Origin: Octopus vulgaris
Taxonomy: Eukaryota
Direction: 5' to 3'
Length of the DNA stretch: 64,000 nucleotides
Assembly (NCBI GenBank): GCA_951406725.2
Contig: OX597820.1
Coordinates: 45,818,001-45,882,000 of the forward strand
Below the pieces are notes generated by a model. That model searched no databases, was not told the origin of the DNA, and saw only the letters and a program-made list of their open reading frames with translations. Positions 39,728-53,343 of this stretch are shown piece by piece. The stretch's first letter is position 1, and the number at the start of each line of letters is the position of its first letter. The position numbers were made by a program, and so were the translations under genes.

Positions 39728-40486
39728 TGAAGTTGTGTGGCTCAGTGGTTAGGGTATTTGGCATATGATCATAAGGTCCTGAGTTCGATTCCGAGCAGTA
39801 TTTTGTGTTCTTGAGCAAGACACTTTATATCACATTGCTCTAGTTCATTCAGCTGGCAAAAAGTGAGTAGGACCTGTATTTCAAAGGGCTAACCAAGGTA
39901 GTGAGCTGGCAGAATCATTAGCACACCGGGTGAAATGCTTAGTGGTATTTCGTCTGTCGCTATGTTCTGAGTTCAAATTCTGCTGGAGTCAACTTTGCCT
40001 TTCATCCTTTTGGGCATGATAAATTAAGTACCAGTTGAGTACTGGGGTCAATATAATCGACTAGTTCCCCCCCCCCCCACAAATTTGAGGCCTTGTGCTT
40101 CCAGTGGAAAGGATATTAAAGGGCTAACCTTGTCACATTCTGTGTCACTCTGAATCTTTCTGAGAACTATGTTAACCCTTTCAATACCAACCTGCATGAA
40201 ACTGCCTCTGGTTCTGTTATACAAATGTGTTTTCAAAAGTTCGGAATTAAAATCTTCCACCAAACCTTCGTCACACTAGCTTAATTATAATAAGCTATTT
40301 TATTAAATCCTTTGTTATATTTAAAGTTAATTGAAAGAAACACAGAGCATCTCAACAGAACTATGGTAACGAAAGTGTTAATGGGTCATGTGCCTGTGGA
40401 GTGCTCAGCCACCTGAACATTAATTTCTTGACTGGGCTGATCAGATCAACTGGAATCCTCGTTGTCATGACTGACAGAGTGCCAGT
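39728..40486 (+). mobile_element. tRNA-derived SINE (family C) carrying a nested SINE-B (39895-40117) and a piggyBac-type MITE (40176-40377)
   Basis: Colinear with the uninterrupted copy at 52012-52329; TSD AAAGGGCTAACC at 39883-39894 and 40118-40129; TTAA duplication at 40172 and 40378. Confidence 0.85.
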
Positions 40487-40491
40487 TATAT

Positions 40492-40706
40492 CTCTTTACT
40501 CTTTTACTTGTTTCAGTCATTTGACTGTGGCCATGCTGCAGCACCGCCTTTAGTCGAGCAAATCGACCCCAGGACTTATTCTTTGAAAGACTAGTACTTA
40601 TTCTATCAGTCTCTTTTGCTGAACTGCTAAGTTATGGGGGACGTATACACACCACCATCGGTTGTCAAGCAATGCTAGGGGGACAAACACAGACACACAA
40701 ACATAT

Positions 40707-40757
<51 letters not shown>

Positions 40758-40932
40758 TATATATACATATATATGACAGGCTTCTTTCAGTTTTCGTCTA
40801 CCAAATCCACTCACAAGGCATTGGTCGGCCCGGGGCTATAGCAGAAGACACTTGCCCAAGATGCCACGCAGTGGGACTGAACCCGGAACCATGTGGTTGG
40901 TAAGCAAGCTACTTACCACACAGCCACTCCTA
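40492..40932 (-). mobile_element. Full-length tRNA-derived SINE (family A) with internal (TA)/(CA) microsatellite
   Basis: Head ggagtggctgtgtggtaag...ccgggttcagtcccactgcg, core tcttgggcaagtgtc, tail gtaaaagagtaaagaga; partial copies at ~1270-2010, 8089-8250, 35850-36080, 47456-47604, 53690-53830, 54725-54960. Confidence 0.85.
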
Positions 40933-41312
40933 TGTGTGTATGTAACTAAAAAATTAAGTGCATATTATTGTCAGGTGGAATGTAGAGGCAAAACTGGAAA
41001 AGGTGCAAAGTTTGATTACTCATGTTAGATTGATGTGGTGGTCTCAACATATGTTTTTGTTATTTTCTATTTAAGTGGAAGATTGATTTTATAACCTTTG
41101 ACCCCCTGTTATAATTTAAGTGTCAAGTGACATAGTCTGTGGAATGTCTTTGTTCTACTGAAATTGTGTCTCCACCACCTCTCTGGTTATATTTGTTTGT
41201 TCATTAAACATCAACATCTAAGTCATGAAACATTAAATGATGATGATGATTTACCATGCTATTATGAGTTGACTGGAGATTCTGTGTGTGTGTATGTATG
41301 TATATATATATG

Positions 41313-41343
<31 letters not shown>

Positions 41344-42099
41344 CATCATCATCGTTTAGCGTCCGCTTTCCATGCTAGCATGGGTTGGACGGGTCAACTG
41401 GGGTCTGTGAAGCTGGAAGGCTTCGTCAGGCCCAGTCAGATCTGGCAGTGTTTCTATGGCTGGATGCCCTTCCTAACGCCAACCACACTTATATATATAT
41501 ATAAGACCAAAGTTGTTGTTAGTAAGAAAGACGATAAAGACCAAAGTTATTGTTGTTAGTAAGAAAGGAGATAAAACTCCCTTTCTGTCAGGTAAATGGC
41601 CCTGCTCAATCATCATCATCATCGTTTAACGTCCGTTCTCCATGCTAGCATGAGTTGGACGGTTCGACCGGGGATCTGGGAAGCCAGAAGGCTGCACCAG
41701 GCTCCGGTCTTATCTGGCAATGTTTCTACAGCTGGATGCCCTTCCTAACGCCAACCACTCCGTGAGTGTAGTGAGTGCTTTTTACGTGCCACCTGCACTA
41801 GAGTCAGGCGAGGCTGGCATTGGCCATGGTCGGATTGGTGCATTTTACGTGCCACCTGCACGGAAGCCAGTCGAGGCGGCACTGGCTTTGGCCACGATTC
41901 GGATGGTGCTTTTTACGTGCCACCGACACGGAAGCCAGTCGAGGCGGCACTGGCATCGGCCATGATTCGGATAGTGCTTTTTACGTATCTCCAGTCCAGG
42001 GATCCTGGCATCTGCCAGGTGCCAGTCATAGGATTGGTTCAATTTCGATTCCGATTTCGATTTCGATATACAGGAAAAAGAGTTAGAAGAAATTCCCTT

Positions 42100-44063
42100 C
42101 ACTGCACCTAGTGTTAACTATGGACACGTAAGAGGTGCAGTGGACTTATAGTTAGATTAACAGATAAAGTCATCTTTGTATGGGGCAGATCTGCAGGAAC
42201 AACAAGCACTAAGAGCACATGGGACTTAAATTCTCTCAAATGTCTAGGAGGCTATCTTGAGGTTGTAGAAAGTTTCTGTTACCTAGGTGACCAAATTAGG
42301 AATGGTGGAGGATGCTCTGAAAGTATTGTTTCTAGAATAAGAATTGGGTGGAGGAAGTTCAGAGAGCTATTACCTATGTTGGCAAAAAAATAGGGCTCTC
42401 TCTCTCAGAGTGAAAGGTAGACTATATGATGCTTGTGTGCAAACGGCTATACTCCATGGTAGCGAGACATGGGCTCTGAATTCAGAAACATGTAGATTGG
42501 AGAGAAATGAAGGTAGTATGCTCTGTTGGGTGTTTAACATCAGTGTGCATGTACAACAAAGTGCAACTGTATTGAGAGAGAAGTTGGGCATAAGAGGAAT
42601 GAAATGTAGCATGCAAGATAGAAGACTACATTGGTTTGGGCATGTGATGCATATGAATGAAGATGGCTGTATAAAGAAGTGCCGATCACCGAAAGTGGAT
42701 GGTACCTATGGAAGAGGGGACCCAGGAAGATGTGGGATGATATGGTAGGGACCAATCTCAGGATGTTGGGCCTCATGGAGAAAATGACTATGGACTGAAA
42801 TGTCTGGCGATATGAAGTTCTAGGGAAGACCCACCAATGTCAGCGAAACTGAGTTCTAGAAGCACTGTGTCCCACCCACACTTAACAAAAAGATTTTTCA
42901 CACACTCTACTTTAACAAACCAAACTACATCTCTACATCACGTTTCCAATTCATGCACTAAGCTTACCTCCCACTCTGTAATCCTGTCCTCTTGACCCTG
43001 TATCACTGTATTTATTGGTCTCCACTAGCTTCCAGCCTGTGTATTCCACCCATGCCCTGTCTCACTGTATCATTACTATCTGTAGCCCTTGACCTGTGTG
43101 TTCCACCTACATCTCTTTCTCACATTTCCTCCTTCATACTCTATTCTTAGCTCTCATGCTCCAGTTCTATTCTCACAGCTCTGTGCCTCTGTATCATTGC
43201 TATCTGGTAGTCCCCTGACTCTATAAAAACCCAGGTTTTCGCCAGTCACCACCCCCCTGCACCCTTTAATCATGCTTCCCTCACAATATTCTGCCACTTC
43301 CCCCTCGGCACTCTTTAAGCATGTTTCCTTCACAATATCCTGCCAATTTTATTATGGAGTTCAAACCTCAAGGGTATGCCCTGGCACTTTCCACCATCTA
43401 TAACTCTCTTTTCCTTTACTCAACCATCACATTTATATTCTGATCCCCATCCTTTGTGAGAATGTCCGGCACTTTGTCACCATCTCTATCCAGCTGTCTC
43501 CCACTCTCTCTCTCCTCCTCCTGCACTTCCCTCAGGTTGGGTAACCATGTATTTCCTTTGCAGTAGCGTACCTGTTTCTGTCTTCATTCCTGTTCTCTCT
43601 CTCTCTCTCTCTTCGGCCAGGTAACCTTGTATCTCCTCTACAGCAAGACACCTGTTTCTGTCTCTCTGCCTTACTGTAACCTTTCATCATCTGAACAAGA
43701 TCACCTCCTCCAATGTTCCCTCCTTTCTCAAAAGAATTTTTTCTTTTGTCTTGCAAGTACTTGATGACCCTGTCAGTGCAGGTGCCACTTAAAAGCACCC
43801 AGTCCATGCTGTAAAGTGGTTGGCATTTGGAACGGCATCCAGGTGTAATGACCTTGCCAAAACTGACCTCGCCTGTGCTTGTGCCACGTAAAAAGCATTA
43901 AGTCGACTCCACTGAGTGGTTGGTGTTAGGAAGGCCATCCAGCTTTAAAAACCCTGCCAAAACAGTTACAGAAGTCTGGTGCAGGCTTCTTCTACCTAGC
44001 TGGCTCTTGTCAAACCGTCCCACTTATGCCAGCATGGAAGTCAGATTTTAAACGACGATGATG
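42100..44063 (+). mobile_element. Degenerate RTE LINE 3' portion with long pyrimidine-rich 3' region
   Basis: LEVVESFCYLGDQI; ORF 42344-42748 (KGRLYDACVQTAILHGSETW...WFGHVMHM); ends in aaacgacgatgatga tail. Confidence 0.8.
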
Positions 44064-44065
44064 AG

Positions 44066-44096
<31 letters not shown>

Positions 44097-45372
44097 TATA
44101 TACTCACACACACACACTCAGATGCATGGTTCAGTGGTTAGAGCATTGGGCTTACAATCATGAGGTTGTGAGGTCGATCTCAAGATTAGGCTGTGTGTTG
44201 TGTTCTTGAGCAAGACACTTAATTTCACGTTTAGTTCACTCAGCTGTAGAAATGAGTTGTGACACCACTGGAGCCAAGCTGCATCAGCATTTCCCTTGGA
44301 TAACATCAGTGGTGTGGAGACGGGAGGCTGGTACACATGGGTGACTGCTAGTCTTCCACAAGCAGCCTTGCCCAGACTTGTGCTTTGGAGAGGAACTTTC
44401 TAGGTGCAATCCCTTGGTCATTCATGACCAAAGGTTTTTGTTTTACCCTTTATGTGTGTGTGGGTGAAATAATCACAATGTAAAATAATGACGATAACTT
44501 GTAGAATTATTTCATTTGCATATGTGTGGAAGTTTGGGTAGTGAATCATGAAGCTTATGTACATATTATGTCAAAGGGGTCCCTCTCTTCTCTCTCATCT
44601 TTTTTTCAAGGGAAATTCATGAGCTGTTTGTTGCTATTAATATTGCCATAAATGTCTGCTTTGTTATGTATTTAATGTTGTACTGTTGTATCAACTTTGT
44701 CGGCTTGTCACCATTAATGATAATAGCAACAGTAAACACCACAAAATTATTAGCAGCAACAACACTACAAATAATACCATTTGCAATGAGCCAAGGGATA
44801 CCTCTGCGATTGTTTAACTTGGTAGAAATAACTGCCAAATCTCTCAGATCACCACCTATCTTCATCATTTAATGTCTGTTTTCCATGCTGGCATGGGTTG
44901 GATGGTTTGACCGGAGCTGGTAAGGTTAGGAGCCACACCAAGCACCGTTTTCTGTTCTGGCATGGTTTCTACAGCAGGGTGCCCTTCCTAATGCCAACCA
45001 CTTTACAGAGGGTATTGGGTGCTTTTAACGTGGCACCAGCACCAGTGCTTTTAATGTGGCACCAGCACAATTGCTTTTTATTTGGCACCAGCATGAGTGC
45101 TTCCTATGTGACAGCATGAGTGCTTTTTATGTGGCACCAGCACTGGTATCAATTCTGCCGTGGCGGATGGGTCTTCTTGAGTATAGCAATGCACCTGATA
45201 TCTCGGTCCTTAGTCATTCCTTTCGTAAGGCTCAGTATCTTCAAATTTGCCTTCAATACTTTGTCCCTTGAGGTTGGCCCTTTTTTTTTTTAAAATGAAG
45301 GATATACTGAATAATGTATTCTTAGATGTAGATATATTTCTGGAATTGAAACTGGGTGGTGCTTTCACTTAA

Positions 45373-45591
45373 CCCTTTAGTGTTCAGATTATTCTATCAA
45401 ACATAATGCTTATTGATTCACATTGATTTGAATTAATCATGCATTATCTCATATCTTCAAGATCTTGATGGTGCAATTACTTAATGTAGAATAACATTGT
45501 AGGGTTGGTGTGAGAACCTGGATCTGGTCAGTTTGAACATAAAACAGATTAACTATTTTGGCCGGATATGGCCGGTTTAAATACTAAAGGG
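45373..45591. mobile_element. piggyBac-type MITE (TTAA|CCCTTTAG...CTAAAGGG|TTAA)
   Basis: TTAA TSD and short TIRs; relatives at 51092-51308, ~20655-20783, ~12662-13305 (split); a second family at ~7797-7999 and 40176-40377. Confidence 0.85.
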
Positions 45592-47779
45592 TTAAGACTG
45601 GCCTGTGGCTAAACAACACTGCCACCATTAGCACAAGTAGCATCGTCATTGTTGTCGTAATCATCATCATTATCTGTTGTAGTAGCAACAGCTGTAATAT
45701 TAGTACCATCATCAACTGCAACAGCAATGGCAACATTAACAGTGACAATAAACACAGCAGTAACCACAAAACAACAACAGCTGTGATGAAAACAAGGAAT
45801 CAAAAGCGATCAATCTATGATAATGGCAGTTGACATATTTATAGTATTATAGTATAGCTTGTTAAGTATGCTGTGGCAGTGTATACAAATATACAGGTGG
45901 ATGAAGGGCTGGGTGAGGTTGTTGACACAATTGTTGATAGATCCCACAGCTTTCAACAATAAAACCACAAACAAATGTATAAGAAAGAAATTAGGAGCAA
46001 CAGTTGCTCAAGACTGCCTACTCTATATTGTCCAAAATTTGACTGGTAATTATTATATTGTTTAACACCGGGTCACCCCAGTTGAATAGAGCTATGATCA
46101 AAGGCATTCCTACCATGACCATCCTGTCTTTTATTTAGCTGAGTACATTATGTAATCTGTTATTGTACTTTGACTGACATCATTTGATGTCCCTTGTCCA
46201 TGCTGGTATGGGTTGGATGGTGTGACCAGAGCTGGTGGTGATGGTGATGGCTTCTGCACAAACTCCAGTCTGATTTGGCATGATTTCTACAGCTGGATGC
46301 CCTTCCTAATGCCAACCACTTTACAGAGTGCTGGATGGTTGTATGTGGCACCATACAAGCCCTTTTATGAGGTACTGTATGGGGGCTTTTACGTGGCAGA
46401 ACACTGGCTCTTTTATGTGACACCACACGGGTGCTTTTATGTGGCACTGTATAGGTGCTTTTACATGATGCAGCATGGACGCCTTTGATACTGCACAGCT
46501 TTTATGCATTACTGCACGGATACTTTTATGTGACACTGCATGAATGCTTTTACATGGCACCATCATGCGTGCTTTACACTACCAGAGAATCAGTCTTAAC
46601 ACTTCTGCCGAGGGGTGCAGGTCTTCTTGAGTGTGGTCTTTTGTCATCTCACCTGGGAGAGAAAGAGAGACTTTCTCCATCTCTATCTTTCTCTCTCTTC
46701 TTCTCCAACAGGGGTATTCTTATATCTCTTCTACAGCAAGGCACTTGTCTCTATCCCTCAACAACTCCTCAACTGGCACAAAGCCACTTCCCTCAATGCT
46801 ACTACCTCATTTGAGAGAACTTTGTCTTCTTGTGTCATAAGTTACTTGGTGACCCCACAGGTGCTGGTGCCATGAAAAAAGCACCCACTACACTCTGTAA
46901 AGTGGTTAGCATTGGGAAGGGCATCCAACTATAGAAACCATGCCAAATAGACAATAAAGTTGGTACAGCCCTCTTGCTTGCCAGTTCTTGTCAAACCATG
47001 CAACCTGTACCAGCATGGAAAACAGATGTTGAATGATGATTATGATGACAACTTACTTTTATTGAAATGGTAAAATCCATGAGGAGATTTGGCTACTATT
47101 ATTAGCAGGACAAGCAACTGTTTGGAGGTAATGTTTAATGGCTTGTATACACAAATATGTTCTGATGCACAAATTGTTTTCCCAGTGACATGGAAAAAGA
47201 AAAAAAAATGTTTGCATGTGCTTCACTGAATACTTGGACGTTTTGTATACAAACCTGAAAATATTAAAATAACTTTGGCACATATTTCTCATGTCTACTA
47301 AAATATGTATTGACATTGAAGAACAATGTTTAGTGAAACTGTACGAAGTAGGGTATTGTTTTAACCATGTATGAGGCTCTATAATACTACATTCTGCTTG
47401 ATAAATATATTCAATATTATATTTTATATATAAAATATATATATTTTATTACCATAGGCACAGGTGTGGCTGTGTGTTAAGAAGCTTGCTTCCCAACCAC
47501 AACATGGTTCCAGGTTCAATCCTTCTGCATGGCACTTTGGGCAAGTGTCTTCTATTATAGTCTCACCCAAAGCCTTGTGAGTGGATTTGGTAGATGGAAA
47601 CTGAGGGTCTATGTTTTTTTTAAAATTTGTGTAGTACATTTTTAATATACTTTTTTTCTCCTTGAGTATGGCTCTCCAAGATAAGATAACAGACAAGTAG
47701 TGGAGGTGGGTTATCAATGTATTTTCTGAGGTCAACTCATTTAATTGTTAATTGTCAGTTACACATCTGGGCGTTTAGG

Positions 47780-48330
47780 TTTATTTATTTATTTATTTAT
47801 TTATTTTTGACTCTGGAGGAAGACAGTACCCATTGCATGCCCCTCCAGACTGGTATGTGCGAGATTATTGTTGTTCTTGAACCTTTGTAAGTCAATCTCT
47901 GTGGGAAAGATACTCACAGGAAGAAAATTCCAAAGGATTGATGTTCTAGGAAGGAAGGATACAATGATTAGTGAGTGACCTGGGGATTTTGACCACTGCA
48001 ATGGTGGTTGATGAGAAGAGGAGAGACAAGTAAGACAGGAATGCCTGAGTGTAGGAGGTGTAAGCCCAACCAGCTCTGAAGAGCAGAGATGTTATAGTAA
48101 TGATAGAAAAATGGGGAGATAGTGTTCTTGTGGGCTAGAGGCTGAAACAGCTCTATGACTGACTTTATATCAATTGAAGTAGGTATCAGATGCCATTGTC
48201 AATAGTACTGTTGCACTGGAATTGGCTTGGCATGCTGAGTTCATATTCCCTCAGTAGGAAAAATCTTCATCTGAAAAATCAACATTCTCTAGAAGGACAG
48301 ATATGTCTCTCATCTGCTTGACAATATATA
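47780..48330 (-). mobile_element. CR1/Jockey-like LINE 3' end with (TAAA)n tail
   Basis: SFLPRTSILWNFLPVSIFPTEIDLQRFK (ORF 47801-48001); tail seen as (TTTA)n at 47780-47805. Confidence 0.7.
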
Positions 48331-48474
48331 AACCATCGGTAAGTATACTGTCCAATTGGGTCTTACTGAATAGGGAAACTTGATTATATGAGGGGCCCTT
48401 TCTCCATCTCATCCTCTCTGTCTCTCACTCTCTGTTGTTTGACATGAATCAAGACAACTTTTGGTTTATTTCAG

Positions 48475-48555
48475 ATGCAGAAATGTATTGCACTGGATGA
48501 GAAGTTACAAGACATGGATCATACCATCACTGTCAACTCACAGTATGTGCAAAAG
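48475..48555 (+). CDS. COPS3: COPS3 exon 14 (MQKCIALDEKLQDMDHTITVNSQYVQK)
   Basis: tttcag| acceptor, |gtaatg donor; 81 nt. Confidence 0.94.
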
Positions 48556-48842
48556 GTAATGTTTTATATCATTGTCTCTTGTTAGTTTCGAAAGTATCTT
48601 GATAAAAAATAGATGAATTAAAACCAAAGAAACTTTTTTTTATTCCTCCGTCTTGAACTGCAACTGAACTTCTTTCCAATCTAATACTTGATGATGATGT
48701 TTTCATTTTAACAGATTTGTCTTTGAAGCTGCAACTAGCTGCGTATGCTGTGTACTAAACCAGTTGATTATTCTTATCTTGTCACTTGTAATTCACTGTG
48801 TTATAAGCTAAGGTTCTGACTCCGGTTTCTTGGTTGTAAATA

Positions 48843-50117
48843 TCAGGTCATTAAGAATGAAATGTCCAATTTTCTTATGCACCAAACTTGACAGTAATTA
48901 ACTCTGTTTTATCCTAACAATTCTTTGTTTTACAACATTGAAGAGTTACATCATCACTTTTCAAAATGCAATACATGGTGTTTGATTATATTGTGAGTTT
49001 TCTCTTGTAAATCAGTTTTTGTGAACCCATGGATAGATAAAAAATTCATGTTGTTTATGAGTTCCATCGTGGAACCAATGCATCCCAGACGTGCTCGAAA
49101 CATCAATAAGGTGTTTGGTAAAGATGTGGCAAATGAGAGTACTGTACCTCGATGGTTTGAGAAGTTCCAGTCTGGTGACTTTACTCTTGAAAATCAGCCC
49201 CATGGTAGACCTGAGACCAAGGTGGATAATGATGAGCTGAAAACTGCAGTGGAACCAGATACATCTCAAACTACGCATGAGTTAGCAGCAAGGTTTGATG
49301 TTTCAATTCCAACTGTATTGGACAATCTGAAACAAATCGGCAAGGTAAAGAAGCTGGACAAGTGGGTACCACATGAACTGAACGAGCATCAAATGACACA
49401 TCGTCTTGAAACTTGCTGTTCTTTGCTTTCACAGCATGAAAGCAAACCATTTTTGCATCGTATTGTTACAAATGATGAAAAATGGATTCTTTTCAACAAT
49501 AGCAACTATTCTGTATGGTGGTTGGATAGAGACAATGTGCCAAAACACAATCCCAAAAGAATATTCGCCAAGAAAAGCTAATGGTGTCTGTATGGTGGTC
49601 CAGCACTGGTGTCATCTGCTACAGTTTCATGAGACCTGGTACATCAATTACAGCAGATGTATACATCAACCACTTGGATGAAATGATGAGTGAATTTGCA
49701 ATTAAACAACTGAGATTGGTCAACAGAGACAGGTCAATTATCTTGCAAGACAATGTTCAACCATGCTGCACAAAGAACAGTACTCAAGTTACAGGAACTG
49801 AACTTGGAAGTACTTTGTCATCCACCATATTCACCAGACCTTGCACCAATTGACTATCACATTTTCCAGGCATTAGAGAACTTTTTGCAAGGAAAAAACT
49901 TCAAATCTGAAGAAGATGCAAAAATGGCCTTTCATGATTTCATCACTTCTTGTTCCCCAGAATTCTTTGCTGCCTGCATATGTAAGCTACCAATAAAATG
50001 GCAAAATTGTGTTGATAATTTAGGTGCATACTTTGATTAACTGCATTGCTTTTTGTTGCGATAAAGTAAAATAAAACTTTCAGTTCAAAATTGAACATTT
50101 CATTCTTAATTACCTGG
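48843..50117 (+). mobile_element. Full-length (1275 bp) mariner transposon with frameshifted transposase
   Basis: 31-bp TIRs TCAGGTCATTAAGAATGAAATGTCCAATTTT / AAAATTGAACATTTCATTCTTAATTACCTGG, TA TSD; motifs WVPHEL, RIVTNDEKW, LQDN, HPPYSPDLAPIDY across ORFs 49021-49581, 49581-49853, 49753-50040. Confidence 0.95.
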
Positions 50118-52011
50118 TATATATCATTATTGAGGAATTTAGAAAGAAGCTAGAGTGAACTTGCAGTCATTGCTTCAGATTCACCTGAGACTTTGAACTG
50201 TACATAGACTGGATACCATTCACAAAATAAGACATGGTCTTATTTTCTTGTGAAATTTTTCAGTGTTGACGTTGGGGGATTGACAGACTCATTAGAGCAT
50301 TGGACAAAACATCTTGCAGATTTTCTGTTGGTTCTTTAAGTCCTAAGTTCAAATCCCACCTCGGTCATCTTTGTTTTTCATCCTTTTGGGAGTCAATAAA
50401 CTAAAGTACCAGTCTAGTACATTATCATCATCATTATCATCGTTTAAAGTCCGCTTTCCATGCTAGTATGGGTTGGACAATTTGACTGAGGTCTGGCGAA
50501 CCAGATGGCTGCACCAGACTCCAATCTGATCTGGCAGAGTTTCTACAGCTGGATGCCCTTCCTAACGCTAACCACTCTGAGAGTGTAGTGGGTGCTTTTA
50601 CATGCCACCGGCACGAGGGCCAGTCAGGTGGTACTGGCAACGGCCACGCTCAAATGGTGCTTTTTATGTGCCACCTGCACAGGAGCCAGTCCAGCAGCAC
50701 TGGCAACGACCTCACTCGAATTTTTTTTCACGTGCCACCAGCATAAGTGACAGTAAGGCAACACAGATAACAATCACACTCAAATGGTGCTTTTTACGTG
50801 CCACTGGCACGGAGGCCATTTTGTTGCTCTGGCAATGATCACGCTCTGATTAAATTGACTTAACTCCTCCCCTGAATTTCAGAATTTGTGACTATATTAG
50901 AAACAATACTTCTTGGTGTTGTGCTTGTTCAGTAACAACTGTGACAAATATTGATAAACTTCACATACTTCTTGTTAACAACAAATAATTGGATGTTACA
51001 GTTTTTGTAAATGTTTTGACTTCCACCTTAAACCTTGATTAAGCAGAAATATAATCAAAAGATTTCCAGTCATGATCACCCATTCTTTTAACCCTTTAGC
51101 GAACAGATTACTCTGTCAAATGTAATGCTTATTTATTCACATTGTTTAGAATTAATAACTGCTTATCTCATAGCTTTTAGAATTTGATAATGTTGATTGT
51201 TTATTTTTAACATGACAGTACAGAGTAGGTGGGAGAGGGTGAATCTGCCTGGTTTAAACATAAAACAAAATATTTTGGCTGGATATGGCCAGCTCAGATG
51301 TTAAAGAGTTAAGGAATATCTTTGTCTACATTGTTCAGTGTGTCCTTTCTTTACTGTCTTTAATTAAGACTATAGGGTGTGATTTTAGGAAGTGTTGGTT
51401 ACTATCACTTGCAAGTTGAATAACCACAGAGTATCTAGACATGTTTAATTAGGTCAGTGCTTGTATGTACTGATGGCAGTCAGTCATAACAGACATAACC
51501 AAGACGGGTATAGTCAAAACATAACAGCATTATGTTTGTAAACAGTACATCTATGAGAGATAAATTTGCCTTTTGCGATGTGCTTACATTGAGCATGATA
51601 CACAGATAGCTATTTTATTCTAATCCTGCTTCTGTTGCATATAATAGATTTTTATTTAGCCAGGTGGCCATTTGCCACACCAGTGATTGCTTATTTGCTG
51701 TTTTCCTATATTGGTGATGACAGATGTCATCTTAACATGCATTTGGCTGTGATGCCAATTACATGTATGCAATTGGTAACACCCAACTAGGCAGAAATAC
51801 TGCATCTAACATTCTCACCATCTGCAGCTAGGATGATTTTCGTCTACTTCTATATATATATTCTGTTTTTAAACACAGCATGTCCATAAAAGATATCTCT
51901 AAATAAATACTGCAGTAAATATATTTTTATATGCAATGTATCTACATTAAGTATGATGCACGCATGGCTGTTTTAATCTAATAATGCTTCTGTTGTATAT
52001 AACATAACAGT

Positions 52012-52329
52012 GAAGGCGCATGGCTTAGTGGTTTTGGCTGACAATCGAAGGGTTGTGAGTTCGAAAACCAGTGGTACATTGTGTCCTTGAGCAAGACACT
52101 TTATTTCACATTGCTTCAGTACATGTACTCAGCTGGCAAAAATGAGTTGTACCTGTATTTCAAAGGGCTACTCTCTTCACATTCTGTGTTATGCTGAATC
52201 TCTCCAGAACTATGTTAATGGTATCGATGCTTGTGGAGTGCTCAGCCACTTGCACGTTAATATCACAAATAGGCTGTTCTGTTGATTGGATGATCTGGAA
52301 CACTGGTTTTCGTAGCCAATGGAGTGCCA
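52012..52329 (+). mobile_element. tRNA-derived SINE (family C)
   Basis: gaaggcgcatggcttagtggtt...gagttcga head; tgtgtccttgagcaagacactttatttcac core; another copy at ~33470-33760. Confidence 0.8.
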
Positions 52330-53029
52330 TACCTCCATATAACAGTTTTTGGCCCTTGTTTTAGGTGGTTTGCATCCTAGTATAATGTTTAGGGGCCCTT
52401 TAAACAACCCACACTATCCTGAGAATACTGTCCATCTCAATCTGTTCAAACACATCTACAAAACTCTAGATAATCACTGCAACACCATCCTGGGAACATT
52501 ATCCCTCCTGACCTGTTCAAATATATGAACACTCCAGAACACCACTACTACACAATCCTGAGAGTACTTTCTGTTCTGTCCAAACAGGTCACAACACTAC
52601 TACAACATCCCTGAGCACTAACCACTACATTGCCATCCTCAAAAAACACTATCCTTTCCACTTTGACAAATGTAATAAAAATAGTAGCTAAATCTCTCTC
52701 ATCTTATCTACAGTGTTAAAAACAAAACAAAACAAGGGCACATTAATGCCATCCTAGTTATACTGATCATCCTCATCATCGTTGTTGTTTAACACCATCC
52801 TTCCATGCTGGCATGGGTTGGATGGTTTGACAGGAGCTAGCCATGCAGAAACCTGCACCATATTTCTGTATCTGTTTTGGCAGAATGGGCTGCAATCTAA
52901 AAAAAAAGAAAAGAAAATGGAACGATTATAGGTTTGTTTGATCAAGACTGCCTGAGGCTAACACCACCACCTTCACCACCAATGAATCTAATATTTCTGT
53001 TAAATGTTTTTTTCTTTTTATTTTTTCAG

Positions 53030-53092
53030 AGTTGTGGTTTACATGAGGAAGAACTGTCTGGTTCCTCCTCCATCAAAGGTCAAGGATACTGA
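53030..53092 (+). CDS. COPS3: COPS3 exon 15, terminal (SCGLHEEELSGSSSIKGQGY*)
   Basis: Long polypyrimidine tract + cag| acceptor; in-frame TGA at 53090-53092; followed by non-repetitive UTR and AATAAA. Confidence 0.85.
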   Translation, partial: SCGLHEEELSGSSSIKGQGY

Positions 53093-53337
53093 ATCATCCC
53101 CCATCCCTCACCTAAACGCTATGGATTCTAATTGAGTCACACTGGTCAAGGAGACTTTAATGTGACCATTAACTGGACAATGACCCTTCCCCCCATGATT
53201 TCACTGTTTTAGGATAAATTCTTTAAGATTGGCTTTTGTTCCAGTCTTGGAATTTGTTCTAACTCTCCCCTGCCCCAACCCACTATCACCTCCACCACCA
53301 GCCTGTTGCTATGGTAACTAATAACAGCTCAGACTCC

Positions 53338-53343
53338 AATAAA
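53338..53343 (+). terminator. Poly(A) signal AATAAA of COPS3
   Basis: About 245 nt after the stop codon, followed by a T/GT-rich downstream element (tttctttttattgttcc...tggtgttattttc). Confidence 0.7.

Larger units (their letters stand above)
3102..53092 (+). other. COPS3: COP9 signalosome subunit 3 gene, 15 coding exons, 430 aa
   Basis: Spliced translation MAASLEQYVTTVTHLSEQGNFAKLCEFINKS...[47 protein letters not shown]...[30 protein letters not shown]...[27 protein letters not shown]...GQGY* matches metazoan CSN3 (PCI domain). All introns are GT-AG with consistent phases; exon lengths sum to 1293 nt. Confidence 0.97.

Noticed and set aside
45609-45803. Polar low-complexity ORFs
   Set aside because: Degenerate (CAA/CAG/CAT)n trinucleotide tract.
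49021-50040. Intronic mariner as a domesticated or SETMAR-like fusion exon
   Set aside because: At least two frameshifts and a damaged N-terminus; intact TIRs and TA TSD indicate an ordinary dead copy.
52012-52080. tRNA-like sequences (also 39728, 44118, 40860-40930)
   Set aside because: A/B boxes only, no complete cloverleaf; they continue into SINE bodies.
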